Virus record (IMG/VR): IMGVR_UViG_3300016486_001578
Strand: one strand, 5' to 3'
Length of the DNA: 64,000 bases
Source of the DNA: a virus
Lineage: Duplodnaviria > Caudoviricetes
This document shows positions 1-10,147 of the stretch, one piece after another. Both the position numbers and the translations under genes were made by a program. The number at the start of each line of letters is the position of its first letter. Position 1 is the stretch's first letter. The notes below the pieces were generated by a model. It was not told the origin of the DNA, searched no databases, and was given only the letters and a program-made list of their open reading frames with translations.

Positions 1-550
1 TGAAGATACTATTGTATTAATGACAGTTTGTGCTATGACGATAATATATTTTGAAGAGAAGAAATTAAAACAGGAGGATCAAGATAAGATAGTTAAAGAT
101 TCTAAATATATGTTAGAAGAACTTAAACTAAAAGGTGTTGGTAATGGTATAATGAAAAAGTTAGTAAAGGCTTTTCAGTCTATAAAAAACATATTTTCTA
201 TTATATCTAAGCACTTAGGAGCTGTGTTTGGTGGATTTGTTGATATGTTTTCTTATACAGCTATATTAATTCCTATAATGAATTCTATATTTTTTGTTGT
301 TGGTAAATATAATATGAACTTAGATAATTTAATAGAAAATTTCTTAGGATTATCCATTGGAGTTGGGACTATTTTTGCTAAACATGCAATGGTTGATGTT
401 ATCGATAGATTAAAAACGAAGTTCTCAATAAAGAAAAGAGTATTAGATGAGATTGGGACACCAATGGCCAAAAAGTTTGGAGATAAGACCTATGGTCTAA
501 AAAATGAACCAGAAATGCCCGAAGGTACGGAAATAATACAAGAACAATAA
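1..550 (+). CDS. Hypothetical membrane protein, probably 5'-truncated by the window edge
   Basis: The frame of ORF 20..550 is open back to the window start; it has hydrophobic segments (FSYTAILIPIMNSIFFVV). Confidence 0.55.
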   Translation, partial: EDTIVLMTVCAMTIIYFEEKKLKQEDQDKIVKDSKYMLEELKLKGVGNGIMKKLVKAFQSIKNIFSIISKHLGAVFGGFVDMFSYTAILIPIMNSIFFVVGKYNMNLDNLIENFLGLSIGVGTIFAKHAMVDVIDRLKTKFSIKKRVLDEIGTPMAKKFGDKTYGLKNEPEMPEGTEIIQEQ

Positions 551-598
551 ACTTAGATGCTATTATTTATATAATATCTAAATAAATTGTTACCGTAA

Positions 599-1324
599 AT
601 GACCCCACAACTAGAAAAAGTTTTCTTTAATTATATATTAAGGAATAAAAAATATTTCACAATAGTAAGTCCATTTTTCTTTCGAAATCCGGAGATACAG
701 TTTGTTTATGGGGTTATGATGAATTATATGAATAAATCATCTGAATCAAAAATACCAACACCAAGACAAATATTAGATATGGTGTCTCTGGAGGATAAGG
801 AGGGAAATGTAACAAAGGAGATATTAAAGTCCATACTTAAAATAGATCTAGAAGAATATAGTGAGAAAGATTTTATCTTACCTAAATTTAATGCTTGGGT
901 TTTATCAAATAGATTAAAAACAGGAACGGTTGATATAATAGAAGAAACTAGAAATTTAGAAAATATATCAGATTTCGATAAGGCGGTAGAAGCCGCAAAT
1001 AGAATAAAGGCTATTGTCGATGATATGTCTTCTACTAATTTTGTACAAGATGATGATTTAGGTTCTGATTTTGATGATCCAGATCATCATATGCAAGATT
1101 CTTCAAAATATAAAGTTCCTTGTGGATTTGAAACAATAGACCATATGCTAGGTGGTGGCTGGGATATACAAACATTGAACGTAATTATGGCTCAAACAAA
1201 CGGAGGAAAATGTTTTTTTAGTGATGGTGAGATAAATACTAGGAATATAAGCAATAAGGAAATAAAATCAATTAAAATAGGTAAAATTTTTACCAACATT
1301 AGCAAGGGACATACTAACATTTAA
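599..1324 (+). CDS. dnaB: Replicative helicase (T4 gp41/DnaB-like), N-terminal fragment fused to a 37-aa split-intein N-part
   Basis: GFETIDHMLGGG...LNVIMAQTNGGK (Walker A up to Lys) is followed at nt 1211 by CFFSDGEI (intein block A) and a stop 37 codons later. Confidence 0.9.
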   Translation: MTPQLEKVFFNYILRNKKYFTIVSPFFFRNPEIQFVYGVMMNYMNKSSESKIPTPRQILDMVSLEDKEGNVTKEILKSILKIDLEEYSEKDFILPKFNAWVLSNRLKTGTVDIIEETRNLENISDFDKAVEAANRIKAIVDDMSSTNFVQDDDLGSDFDDPDHHMQDSSKYKVPCGFETIDHMLGGGWDIQTLNVIMAQTNGGKCFFSDGEINTRNISNKEIKSIKIGKIFTNISKGHTNI

Positions 1325-1335
1325 TATATATTTAT

Positions 1336-2490
1336 ATGAATGCAAAGAAAAGATACAAGGATATAAATCTACCATTTATTTGTCCCATAAATAATAGGTC
1401 ATTTAACTCAACAAAAGGATTATCTGTTTATTTAACTAAAACACTAAAGACAGATCATAGTTTATATTATGATAAATATATAAACCACCGAGATTCTTCT
1501 TGTTTTTTCTGTGGAGAAAAAGGAAAGTTTATGTCGGCCGGTAAGGGATATAGAAATTTATGTAAAAACAAAGATTGTTTGAAAAAATCTATGAAATCAC
1601 ATTCGGTTGAGGGATTTATGTATAGAAACCTATGTTCTAAAGAAGAGGCCAAGATTTTGTTTGATGTTGAAAACGAAAGACAATTAAAGAAAAGGACAAA
1701 AACTGCTAATAAATTAAGAAAAAAAGATCCATTATGGGATAAAAAGAGAAGTAGAAATTGTAAAGAATTTTGGATAGAAAAGGGACTAACAGAAGAAGAA
1801 TCTATTATAAAAGCTAAAGAATCTATGGATGATATACACAAAAAAACATCTATTATTTTTGAATCAAATCCAAAGAAATATGCTTCTAAATATAACACAA
1901 AGATAGAATATTATTTAAAGAGAGGTCACTCTGAGGAAGAATCTTTGAATATTTTATCCGAGAGACAATCTACATTTTCTTTAAATAAATGTATAAAAGG
2001 ACATGGTGATAAAGTAGGAACCAAAATTTGGTTAAAAAGACAAGAAAAATGGCAAAAATCATTATCTGAAAATGGTAATATAAAAGGTGGTTATTCGAAA
2101 ATAAGTCAAATATTATTTTATGATATTTTAAAACATTTTGAGATAATAGAAAGAGACTCTATATTCTTTTGGACAAAGAATAAAGAACACCTTATAAAGT
2201 CTGATAAAAAAATATATTTATATGATTATACTGATACTAATAGAAAAAAAATAATAGAGTATAATGGTGATCAATATCACGCAAATCCGAGTATATACGA
2301 AGCCAATAGTTATCCGCATCCATATCACAAGAGTAATAAATATAGAGCAGTTGATATATGGGAAAGAGATAGAAATAAAATAAAATTAGCAGAAAATAAT
2401 GGATATGAAGTACTCGTTGTGTGGGATTCGGATTATAGAAAAAATAAAAAAGAAATAGTACAAAAATGCTTAAACTTTTTAAACAGTTAA
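1336..2490 (+). CDS. Free-standing putative homing endonuclease (Zn-binding N-terminus, repeats, Vsr-like C-terminal nuclease)
   Basis: It sits between the helicase halves and has CPI/CFFC motifs, F/YxxxxG(L/H)xEEES repeats and C-terminal YDY...IIEYNGDQYH...GYEVLVVWDSD. Confidence 0.8.
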   Translation: MNAKKRYKDINLPFICPINNRSFNSTKGLSVYLTKTLKTDHSLYYDKYINHRDSSCFFCGEKGKFMSAGKGYRNLCKNKDCLKKSMKSHSVEGFMYRNLCSKEEAKILFDVENERQLKKRTKTANKLRKKDPLWDKKRSRNCKEFWIEKGLTEEESIIKAKESMDDIHKKTSIIFESNPKKYASKYNTKIEYYLKRGHSEEESLNILSERQSTFSLNKCIKGHGDKVGTKIWLKRQEKWQKSLSENGNIKGGYSKISQILFYDILKHFEIIERDSIFFWTKNKEHLIKSDKKIYLYDYTDTNRKKIIEYNGDQYHANPSIYEANSYPHPYHKSNKYRAVDIWERDRNKIKLAENNGYEVLVVWDSDYRKNKKEIVQKCLNFLNS

Positions 2491-2494
2491 ATAA

Positions 2495-2527
2495 AAAAAG
2501 AGACAAATATAAAATTTGTCTCTTTTT
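2495..2527. terminator. Bidirectional intrinsic terminator between convergent ORFs
   Basis: Inverted repeat aaaaagagacaaat / atttgtctcttttt with A- and T-tracts. Confidence 0.75.
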
Positions 2528-2536
2528 ATTATTTAC

Positions 2537-2737
2537 TTATTTATCTAATTTATTCAAAATAAAGGGAGTTGCTATCAATAATGCTATTGTAGATGGTATA
2601 GTAAACCACATAGCAATTGGGAAATCTAAAACACTCTCTGAGCTAATTATTGTTGTTATTGTTAACAAACAGGCTATTAGTAAAATAGTGTATAGTACAT
2701 TTTTTTGAAAACTAAGGAATTCTTTTAACTTTTTCAT
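2537..2737 (-). CDS. Small two-TM membrane protein, antisense, inside the split helicase locus
   Basis: 66-aa ORF with two hydrophobic helices; TAATATATA motif upstream on the minus strand (2759-2767); terminator downstream. Confidence 0.6.
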   Translation of the reverse strand: MKKLKEFLSFQKNVLYTILLIACLLTITTIISSESVLDFPIAMWFTIPSTIALLIATPFILNKLDK

Positions 2738-2811
2738 ATCTTTAATATTTATTTTCTTTATATATTAAAAATTATAATCAAACAAATTATTAATATATTA
2801 TATAAATTAAT

Positions 2812-3981
2812 ATGTTAGATAATTATGAAATAATAGAAGCAGATTCTCTATTAGAAGGAAAATATGATAGACCACTATATGATAAATTTATTGAAGCTTA
2901 TGAAGTAGACAACTTAGAGGTTGATACACCAAATGGTTGGATAAAGATAGAAGGAATTGGTAAAACTATTGAATTTTATGAATGGGAAATACAAACATCT
3001 GGTGGAAAACATCTAATATGTGCAGATAAACATCTATTATATAGGTGTGATAATATGAATTTTTATAATAAAAAATGTGACATAACAGAAATATACTGCC
3101 AAGATTTGAATATAGGTGATTTTATAATGACTAAGGATGGTCCTGAGATGTTGATGGATATTTATAAAAATGGTAATAAATCGAATATGTATGATTTACA
3201 ATTATCAGAAGGCTCTAATAAACAATACTACACAAATGATATACTTAGTCATAATTCACTTTGGATGCAAAACTTTGCAGTTAGGTCTGCTGATCTTGGC
3301 TATAATGTACTTTACATTACGTTGGAAATGAATGAGCGAAAAGTTATGAAAAGGCTTGGTGCTATGAGATTGAAGATTCCTATAAATGATTATGATAAAA
3401 TGTCTAAAGATAGAGAATTTATAAAAAAGAGAATAAATTCACTTACTAAAAAAACTGGCGCAGTTGGTGGTGATTTGTTTGATAAAAAAATAGGTAAGAT
3501 AATTAGTAAATTCTGGGCTGCAGGAACTGCTAATATATCAGATTTTGATAATTACATTCAAGCACTAAAAGATAAGAGAGATATAAAAATAGATGTTATA
3601 ATAGTTGATTATATCGCTTTAATAGCACCAATTAAAGGTATTGGTTCTGATAGTCTTTATACTAAAGGGAAACAATTAGCAGAGGGTCTAAGAGCACTTG
3701 GTTCTAAATATATGTGTCCTGTTATAACTGGTGTGCAAGTGGCTAAGGATGCTTGGAACTCATCAGATATAACACTTGAGAGCGTACCTGAATCAAAAGC
3801 AATTGCAGAAACAGCAGATACATTCTTTTGTATAATAAGAACAGAAGAAATGAAAAGACAAAACTTATATAGATTTAAACTACTAAAACAAAGAGATGGT
3901 GATTTTTTAAGATCACAAATAAAATTAAACCTTAATCCAACCTTTTTGACTTTAGAGAAGGACGAATTTATAGATCAATAA
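2812..3981 (+). CDS. dnaB: 148-aa split-intein C-part fused to the C-terminal fragment of the helicase
   Basis: Hint motifs EVDTPNGW, CADKH, MYDL and YYTNDILSHN (ends 3255), then +1 Ser: SLWMQNFA...YITLEM...IIVDYI...SESKAIAETAD-type SF4 helicase motifs. Confidence 0.92.
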   Translation: MLDNYEIIEADSLLEGKYDRPLYDKFIEAYEVDNLEVDTPNGWIKIEGIGKTIEFYEWEIQTSGGKHLICADKHLLYRCDNMNFYNKKCDITEIYCQDLNIGDFIMTKDGPEMLMDIYKNGNKSNMYDLQLSEGSNKQYYTNDILSHNSLWMQNFAVRSADLGYNVLYITLEMNERKVMKRLGAMRLKIPINDYDKMSKDREFIKKRINSLTKKTGAVGGDLFDKKIGKIISKFWAAGTANISDFDNYIQALKDKRDIKIDVIIVDYIALIAPIKGIGSDSLYTKGKQLAEGLRALGSKYMCPVITGVQVAKDAWNSSDITLESVPESKAIAETADTFFCIIRTEEMKRQNLYRFKLLKQRDGDFLRSQIKLNLNPTFLTLEKDEFIDQ

Positions 3982-3998
3982 AAAATAAAATAGAATAT

Positions 3999-4895
<897 letters not shown>

Positions 4896-4987
4896 TCATA
4901 AAAAACCAATTAAAAACAAAAAACAACTATATCGGCTTATATTTTGAGTCAATATATATAGAACAAAAAAAATATAAAATATAAAAT

Positions 4988-6184
4988 ATGATAAAAGTTA
5001 TAAAGAGAAATGGTAAGAAGGAACCAGTTATGTTGGATAAAATCCTAGATAGAATAACACAACAAACATATGCGCTAGACAATAAATGGATTAGCCCATT
5101 TGATGTTGCACAAAAAGTTATAGCAGGAGTAGCTCCCAATATAAAAACATCTGTTTTGGATCAATTAGCAATGGAGACTGCTGCTTCTTTGGCTACCAAA
5201 CACCCAGATTATTCAATATTGGCCGCTAGATTGGCTATCACCGCATTACATAAAGAAACTAAAAAAAGCTTTTCTGATACGGTTAAGGATTTATATAAAT
5301 ACACAAATCCAATAACAGGCAAGAAAGCACCGATTGTGTCTAGGGAGTTTTATGAATTAGTAAAAGACAACAAAGATGAGTTAGATTCTGCTATCGTCCA
5401 TTCGAGAGACCATAATTTTGATTATTTTGGATACAAAACACTTGAGAAGTCCTATTTACTTAAAACAAACGGTAAAGTAGTTGAGAGACCACAATATATG
5501 TATATGAGAACTGCTTTACAAATATGGGGTGATAATTTAGAAAAAGTTAAATCGACTTATAACTTATTATCAGAGGGGTATTACACACATGCAACACCTA
5601 CTTTGTTTAATTCGGGCACCAATAGGCAACAATTATCTTCTTGTTTTTTATTAGATACAGAATCTGATTCTATTGAGGGTATTTTTAATACACTAAAAGA
5701 ATCTGCTCAAATATCTAAAAATGCTGGAGGAATTGGAATTTCTTTTAATAAAGTTAGAGCAAAGGGAACATATATTGCTGGTACTAATGGCTCATCAAAT
5801 GGTGTTATACCATTCTTGAAGATTTTTAATGAAACTGCTAGAGCGGTTGATCAATGCTTCACACCTGAGTCAAAAGTCATGACAGATAATGGTTTAGTAA
5901 ATATTGATGAAATTAAGAAAGGTGATTCCGTATTAACATCTGATGGTAAGTTTAATAAGGTTTTAGAAAGAAAAGAATTTATAAAAGATGAGGATTTTGT
6001 AGTAATTAAAACAAATAGTGGATTAAATAGGGTAACAAAAGAACACCAAATATTAGTTATTAGAAATCTATCAAAAGATATTGAAGACTCGGCTATTATA
6101 TTAGGTATAAAAAGTGGTGTATATAACATAGAATGGATATCTGCAAATGAACTATTAAAAAGTGATAAAATAGTAAAATATTAA
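4988..6184 (+). CDS. nrdA: Class I ribonucleotide reductase alpha, fragment 1 (ATP-cone to VDQ) plus 109-aa split-intein N-part
   Basis: VIKRNG ATP cone, ERPQ, ATPTLFNSG, LSSCF, GGIG, NETARAVDQ; then CFTPESKV... from nt 5855 with block B TKEH. Confidence 0.95.
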   Translation: MIKVIKRNGKKEPVMLDKILDRITQQTYALDNKWISPFDVAQKVIAGVAPNIKTSVLDQLAMETAASLATKHPDYSILAARLAITALHKETKKSFSDTVKDLYKYTNPITGKKAPIVSREFYELVKDNKDELDSAIVHSRDHNFDYFGYKTLEKSYLLKTNGKVVERPQYMYMRTALQIWGDNLEKVKSTYNLLSEGYYTHATPTLFNSGTNRQQLSSCFLLDTESDSIEGIFNTLKESAQISKNAGGIGISFNKVRAKGTYIAGTNGSSNGVIPFLKIFNETARAVDQCFTPESKVMTDNGLVNIDEIKKGDSVLTSDGKFNKVLERKEFIKDEDFVVIKTNSGLNRVTKEHQILVIRNLSKDIEDSAIILGIKSGVYNIEWISANELLKSDKIVKY

Positions 6185-6245
6185 TTTAATATATAGTAAT
6201 ATATACTTAGGTATATCCAAAATATATTAAATACTATTAAATAGA

Positions 6246-7148
6246 ATGATAAAGTTAACAAATGATATAGTTATAGAAAAGTTTATAAAAAAGCATGGAA
6301 ATAAATATATTTATAATTTAGTTGATTATAAAGGTGCAATTACTAAGGTTAGTATAATATGTAGAAAACATGGTTTATTTAAAATAACTCCAAATAGTCA
6401 TCTAAATGGAAGTGGATGTTATGAGTGTGGTAGAGAAAAAGTAAATGTATCAAGATTAACAAATAATGATAATTTTATAAGTAAATGTAAAATAATTCAT
6501 AATGATATTTATGACTATTCAAAAGTTGAATATAAAGGAATAAAAGAGTATGTTGTTATAATATGTAAAAGACACGGTGAATTTAAACAAAAGTCAGCAA
6601 AGCATCTACAGGGACAAGGTTGTAAAAGATGTAGTAATGAGAAAATGTTTGTTAATTTTGAAAAGATGTGTTTAGATAAATATTTAGGATACTCATATGG
6701 TGAAATGATATACAATGGTATGTATAATAAAATCATAATAACTTGTGAGAAACATGGTAATTTTGAAAAGACACCTATAGATTTTTATCACAAAGAAAGA
6801 CTTTGTCCAAAGTGTATAAATAGATGTAAGTCAAATGATGAAACAAAATGGTTAGATGAATTAAATATACCAATTGATAACAGAAATATCTATATAAAAT
6901 TTGGTAAAAAAACATTTTGTGTTGATGGAATAGACTATGATAATAAAGTAATATATGAATTCTATGGAGACTTCTTTCATGGGAATCCAAATGTTTATAA
7001 GAAAGATGACACTAATCCACTATTAAAGGAAACTTATGGTGAATTATATGATAAAACAATGAAGAAAGAAAAAATGATATTAGATAGTGGTTATAAGTTA
7101 GAAACTATCTGGGAAAGTGAATATAAAAAAGAAAAAAGAAAAATATGA
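6246..7148 (+). CDS. Free-standing putative homing endonuclease (CxxHG zinc-ribbon repeats plus Vsr-like nuclease)
   Basis: Three IxCxxHGxF...CxxC repeats; C-terminal VDG...IYEFYGDFFHGNP...GYKLETIWE; located between intein halves. Confidence 0.85.
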   Translation: MIKLTNDIVIEKFIKKHGNKYIYNLVDYKGAITKVSIICRKHGLFKITPNSHLNGSGCYECGREKVNVSRLTNNDNFISKCKIIHNDIYDYSKVEYKGIKEYVVIICKRHGEFKQKSAKHLQGQGCKRCSNEKMFVNFEKMCLDKYLGYSYGEMIYNGMYNKIIITCEKHGNFEKTPIDFYHKERLCPKCINRCKSNDETKWLDELNIPIDNRNIYIKFGKKTFCVDGIDYDNKVIYEFYGDFFHGNPNVYKKDDTNPLLKETYGELYDKTMKKEKMILDSGYKLETIWESEYKKEKRKI

Positions 7149-8408
7149 GAGATGTAATTGAAAGTGGTACTGAGTGGATTGAAGATCCAGTAGATCTTAA
7201 CTTAGATATAGACAAATTAAGATTTGAAACTATTGAAGATTTAACAATAGAAGAAATAAAAAATCAAAAAGTATATGATTTGGAGGTTGAAAACCAACAT
7301 AATTATATTGTTGATGGACTTGGATTAGTTCACAACGGTGGAGGTAAATAAGCGTCTGCTTCCACTTTAAAAAATCTGGAGGATTGCTGGGAGTTCCTTA
7401 GAGTTATTAATACTACAACGTAAAGAGTGATCTTATGCGTGAATGTTTGAAAAATTAATAAATTGGATAATCAGCAGCCGAGCATCTTAGGGATAAGATG
7501 AAGGTTCAACGACTAATGTTAGTAATGTAGAAAACAAGAAAACAACACGAGTACCAGACACATATTTTATGTGAAGATATAGTCTAAACTTATATGAAAG
7601 TATAAGAGAATAGGATAAAGAGCCTATTGTTAATACACAAATGAAACGCAAAGGAAGTATTGCTATTTATTTAGAGCCTTGGCACGCAGATGTTATGGAC
7701 TTTTTGGACCTTCGTAAAAACCAAGGTAAAGAAGAATTAAGAGCAAGAGATTTATTTTTGGCTATGTGGGTTAATGATCTATTTATGGAGAGAGTTGATT
7801 TAGATGAAGATTGGGCTTTGATGTGTCCGAATGAGTGTGATGGCCTTAATGAAACATATGGTGAAGAATTTAGAGAACTTTATATGAAATATGAAAGTGA
7901 AGGAAGATATAAAAAGGTAGTAAAGGCTAGGGATGTTTGGAATAAAATATTAGAATCACAAATTGAAACTGGTACTCCTTATATGTTATATAAAGATTCT
8001 ATTAACAGAAAATCAAACCAAAAAAACATAGGAATTATTAGAAGTTCTAATCTTTGTTTAGATGGTGATACTATAGTAGAATGTAGAGTCAATGGACTTG
8101 AAAGTGAATTAACAATGGTACAAATTGATGAAATCTTTAAATCTGGGCAAGAGATAGAAGTCTTAAGTATGGATGTTGCGACTGGTTTAAATGAATGGTG
8201 TTTAGTTGATAATTCAGGAATGACCAACAATGATGCTGAAACTATTAAAATAACCGATGAAGAAAATAACACTATTATATGCACACCAGAACATAAAGTA
8301 TGGACTAGTAATAGAGGTTATGTTATGGCTAAAAATTTAGTAGAGACAGATGAGTTAAAAATCAATAAAAAGTCGATTGTTGACAAAGGGTTATATACCT
8401 ATCTATAA
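7145..8408 (+). CDS. nrdA: NrdA fragment 2, spliced join(7145..7345,7644..8408): 64-aa IntC + GGGKRKGS...SSNL + 117-aa IntN
   Basis: VYDLEV...LVHN|GGG; intron removal restores [17 protein letters not shown] in frame; ETGTPY, SSNL, then CLDGDT...CTPEH from nt 8055. Confidence 0.88.
7346..7643 (+). ncRNA. Group I self-splicing intron (ORF-less, phage IA-like), 298 nt
   Basis: P ATTGCTGGGA 7383, Q AATCAGCAG 7469, R GTTCAACGACTA 7504, S AAGATATAGTCT 7574. P1 is exon GTGGAGGT paired with GCTTCCAC (7358-7365) with a U-G at the 5' splice site; P3 TCTGG/CCAGA; P7 GACTA/TAGTC; terminal G7643; P10 GCGT/ACGC. Confidence 0.93.
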
Positions 8409-8515
8409 AGAAGATTGGGAAAATAAATTTAAAAACAAAAAGGAAGAAATAATAAAGTTTCTTAAAAATTATAAAATTGTAAAAAATCAATATACAAAAA
8501 AAAATAAAGAATAGC

Positions 8516-9883
8516 ATGTTAAAAATAGAAAAAGTAAAAAATAGACCGGTTTATGATATAACCGTTAATAAAAATCATAACTTTTATGCTAACGATATAC
8601 TAGTACATAACTGTGCTGAGATTGTAGAAGCAACTGGAATTACTAAATCACAAAAAGATATTCTTAATAATAAGGAGTTATTAGATAGCTTGGGGTTGTC
8701 TGAATTTTATGGAAGAGAATCAGTTAATGAGACTGCGGTTTGTAACTTAGCATCTATTGCACTTCCTAAGTTTGTTAATAAAAACAAAACATATAACTTT
8801 AAGAAATTATATGATGTTGCTTATAATGCGGTTATTAATTTAAATAATGTTATTGATACAAATTATTATCCATCAGAATCTGCTAAATTTTCTAATATAT
8901 TACATAGACCAATTGGATTAGGAGTTCAAGGACTATCAGATGTTTTCTTTATGAGTGGATTTGCTTATGATTCTGAACAAGCCAAACATTTAAATAAAGA
9001 AATATTCGAAACGATATATTATGCATCCATTAAGGCTTCTTGTGACTTAGCAAAAGTTGATGGTGCTTATACAACATATGAAGGTTCTCCTATGTCGGAG
9101 GGTAAGTTCCAATTTGATTTATGGAATGTTACTCCAACTAAGAGGTGGGATTGGGATAAACTTAGACTAGAAGTTTTAGAATATGGTGTTAGAAATTCAC
9201 TAACTGGTTGTATTATGCCAACTGCATCAACTGCTAATATACTTGGTAATGAGGCCTCTTGTGAAGTACAGACATCAAATATGTATACAAGAGGTGTCTT
9301 ATCTGGAACTTTTATTTTAGTTAATAAATACTTAGTTAAAGAATTAGTTAAATTAGGAATATGGGATGATAATATTAGAAGAAAGATAATTTCTGAAAAT
9401 GGATCGGTACAGAATATTCCAGAAATACCAACGAATTTAAAGGAAGTATTTAAAACGGCATATGAAATAAAACAAAAAAATGTTATTGATATGGCGGCTG
9501 ATAGAGGAGCATTTGTTGATCAAACACAATCTATGAATATTTTCATGGATTCTCCAAACTTTGCTAAATTAACTGCTATGCATTTCCATGGTTGGGGTAG
9601 AAGAAGTTTTATGAGAGCTGATGATGGTTCTCCTATTTTGCCTAAAAACAAGGATATAAAGGTAGTTTATGATAAAGATGGAAATCCTAGATTTTATAAA
9701 GATGAGAGAAATTCATTAAAAACTGGTATGTATTATCTTAGAAATAAAGCTAAATCTGATGCTGTTAAATTTACGGTTCAAGATGATAAAAACGTTGAAG
9801 ACCAAGTTTCTGATCTAGAAACACAGATGTCTGATATTGCTTGTAGCCTTGATGATGAAGATTGTCTTGCTTGTGGGTCATAA
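8516..9883 (+). CDS. nrdA: 32-aa split-intein C-part plus NrdA fragment 3
   Basis: VYDITV...FYANDILVHN|CAEI, where +1 is the catalytic Cys of NLCxEI; VCNLASI, RPIGLGVQG, MPTAS, DQTQSMN, KTGMYYLR and C-terminal CLACGS. Confidence 0.95.
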   Translation: MLKIEKVKNRPVYDITVNKNHNFYANDILVHNCAEIVEATGITKSQKDILNNKELLDSLGLSEFYGRESVNETAVCNLASIALPKFVNKNKTYNFKKLYDVAYNAVINLNNVIDTNYYPSESAKFSNILHRPIGLGVQGLSDVFFMSGFAYDSEQAKHLNKEIFETIYYASIKASCDLAKVDGAYTTYEGSPMSEGKFQFDLWNVTPTKRWDWDKLRLEVLEYGVRNSLTGCIMPTASTANILGNEASCEVQTSNMYTRGVLSGTFILVNKYLVKELVKLGIWDDNIRRKIISENGSVQNIPEIPTNLKEVFKTAYEIKQKNVIDMAADRGAFVDQTQSMNIFMDSPNFAKLTAMHFHGWGRRSFMRADDGSPILPKNKDIKVVYDKDGNPRFYKDERNSLKTGMYYLRNKAKSDAVKFTVQDDKNVEDQVSDLETQMSDIACSLDDEDCLACGS

Positions 9884-9892
9884 TCCACTAAA

Positions 9893-9946
9893 AAATTATA
9901 AAAATCCCCATTATTCAATCAATAATGTGGATTTTTTATATAATTT
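9893..9946 (+). terminator. Hairpin/terminator downstream of nrdA
   Basis: Imperfect inverted repeat aaaatcc.cattatt / aataatg.ggatttt followed by T-rich sequence. Confidence 0.55.
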
Positions 9947-10062
9947 AAAACCTTTATATAAAAAATCCACCTTTGAAAAAAACGAAATTTGAAAGATTAT
10001 AAATATAAACACATGAAATTAAAACTTTGTGTAAAAAAATAATAGAACATAAAACTAAAATA

Positions 10063-10131
10063 ATCAGTAGTTATTTAGAGGGTTACTTCGTATGCAATTG
10101 AAAAAAACACCCACTAGAAATTTTCTCTGGT
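10063..10131 (+). ncRNA. Candidate Y-RNA-like structured RNA 1 (69 nt)
   Basis: Ends pair (ATCAG/CTGGT), inner stem TAGAGGGT/ACCCACTA, TACTTCG motif; lies upstream of a TROVE-like start. Confidence 0.5.
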
Positions 10132-10147
10132 CTTTATAAAGTTTTAA

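Noticed and set aside
7641-8408. ORF-track call of an independent gene starting at ATG 7641, with 7145..7351 as a complete gene
   Set aside because: Better explained as two exons of one CDS around a group I intron; initiation at 7641 is kept only as a hypothesis.
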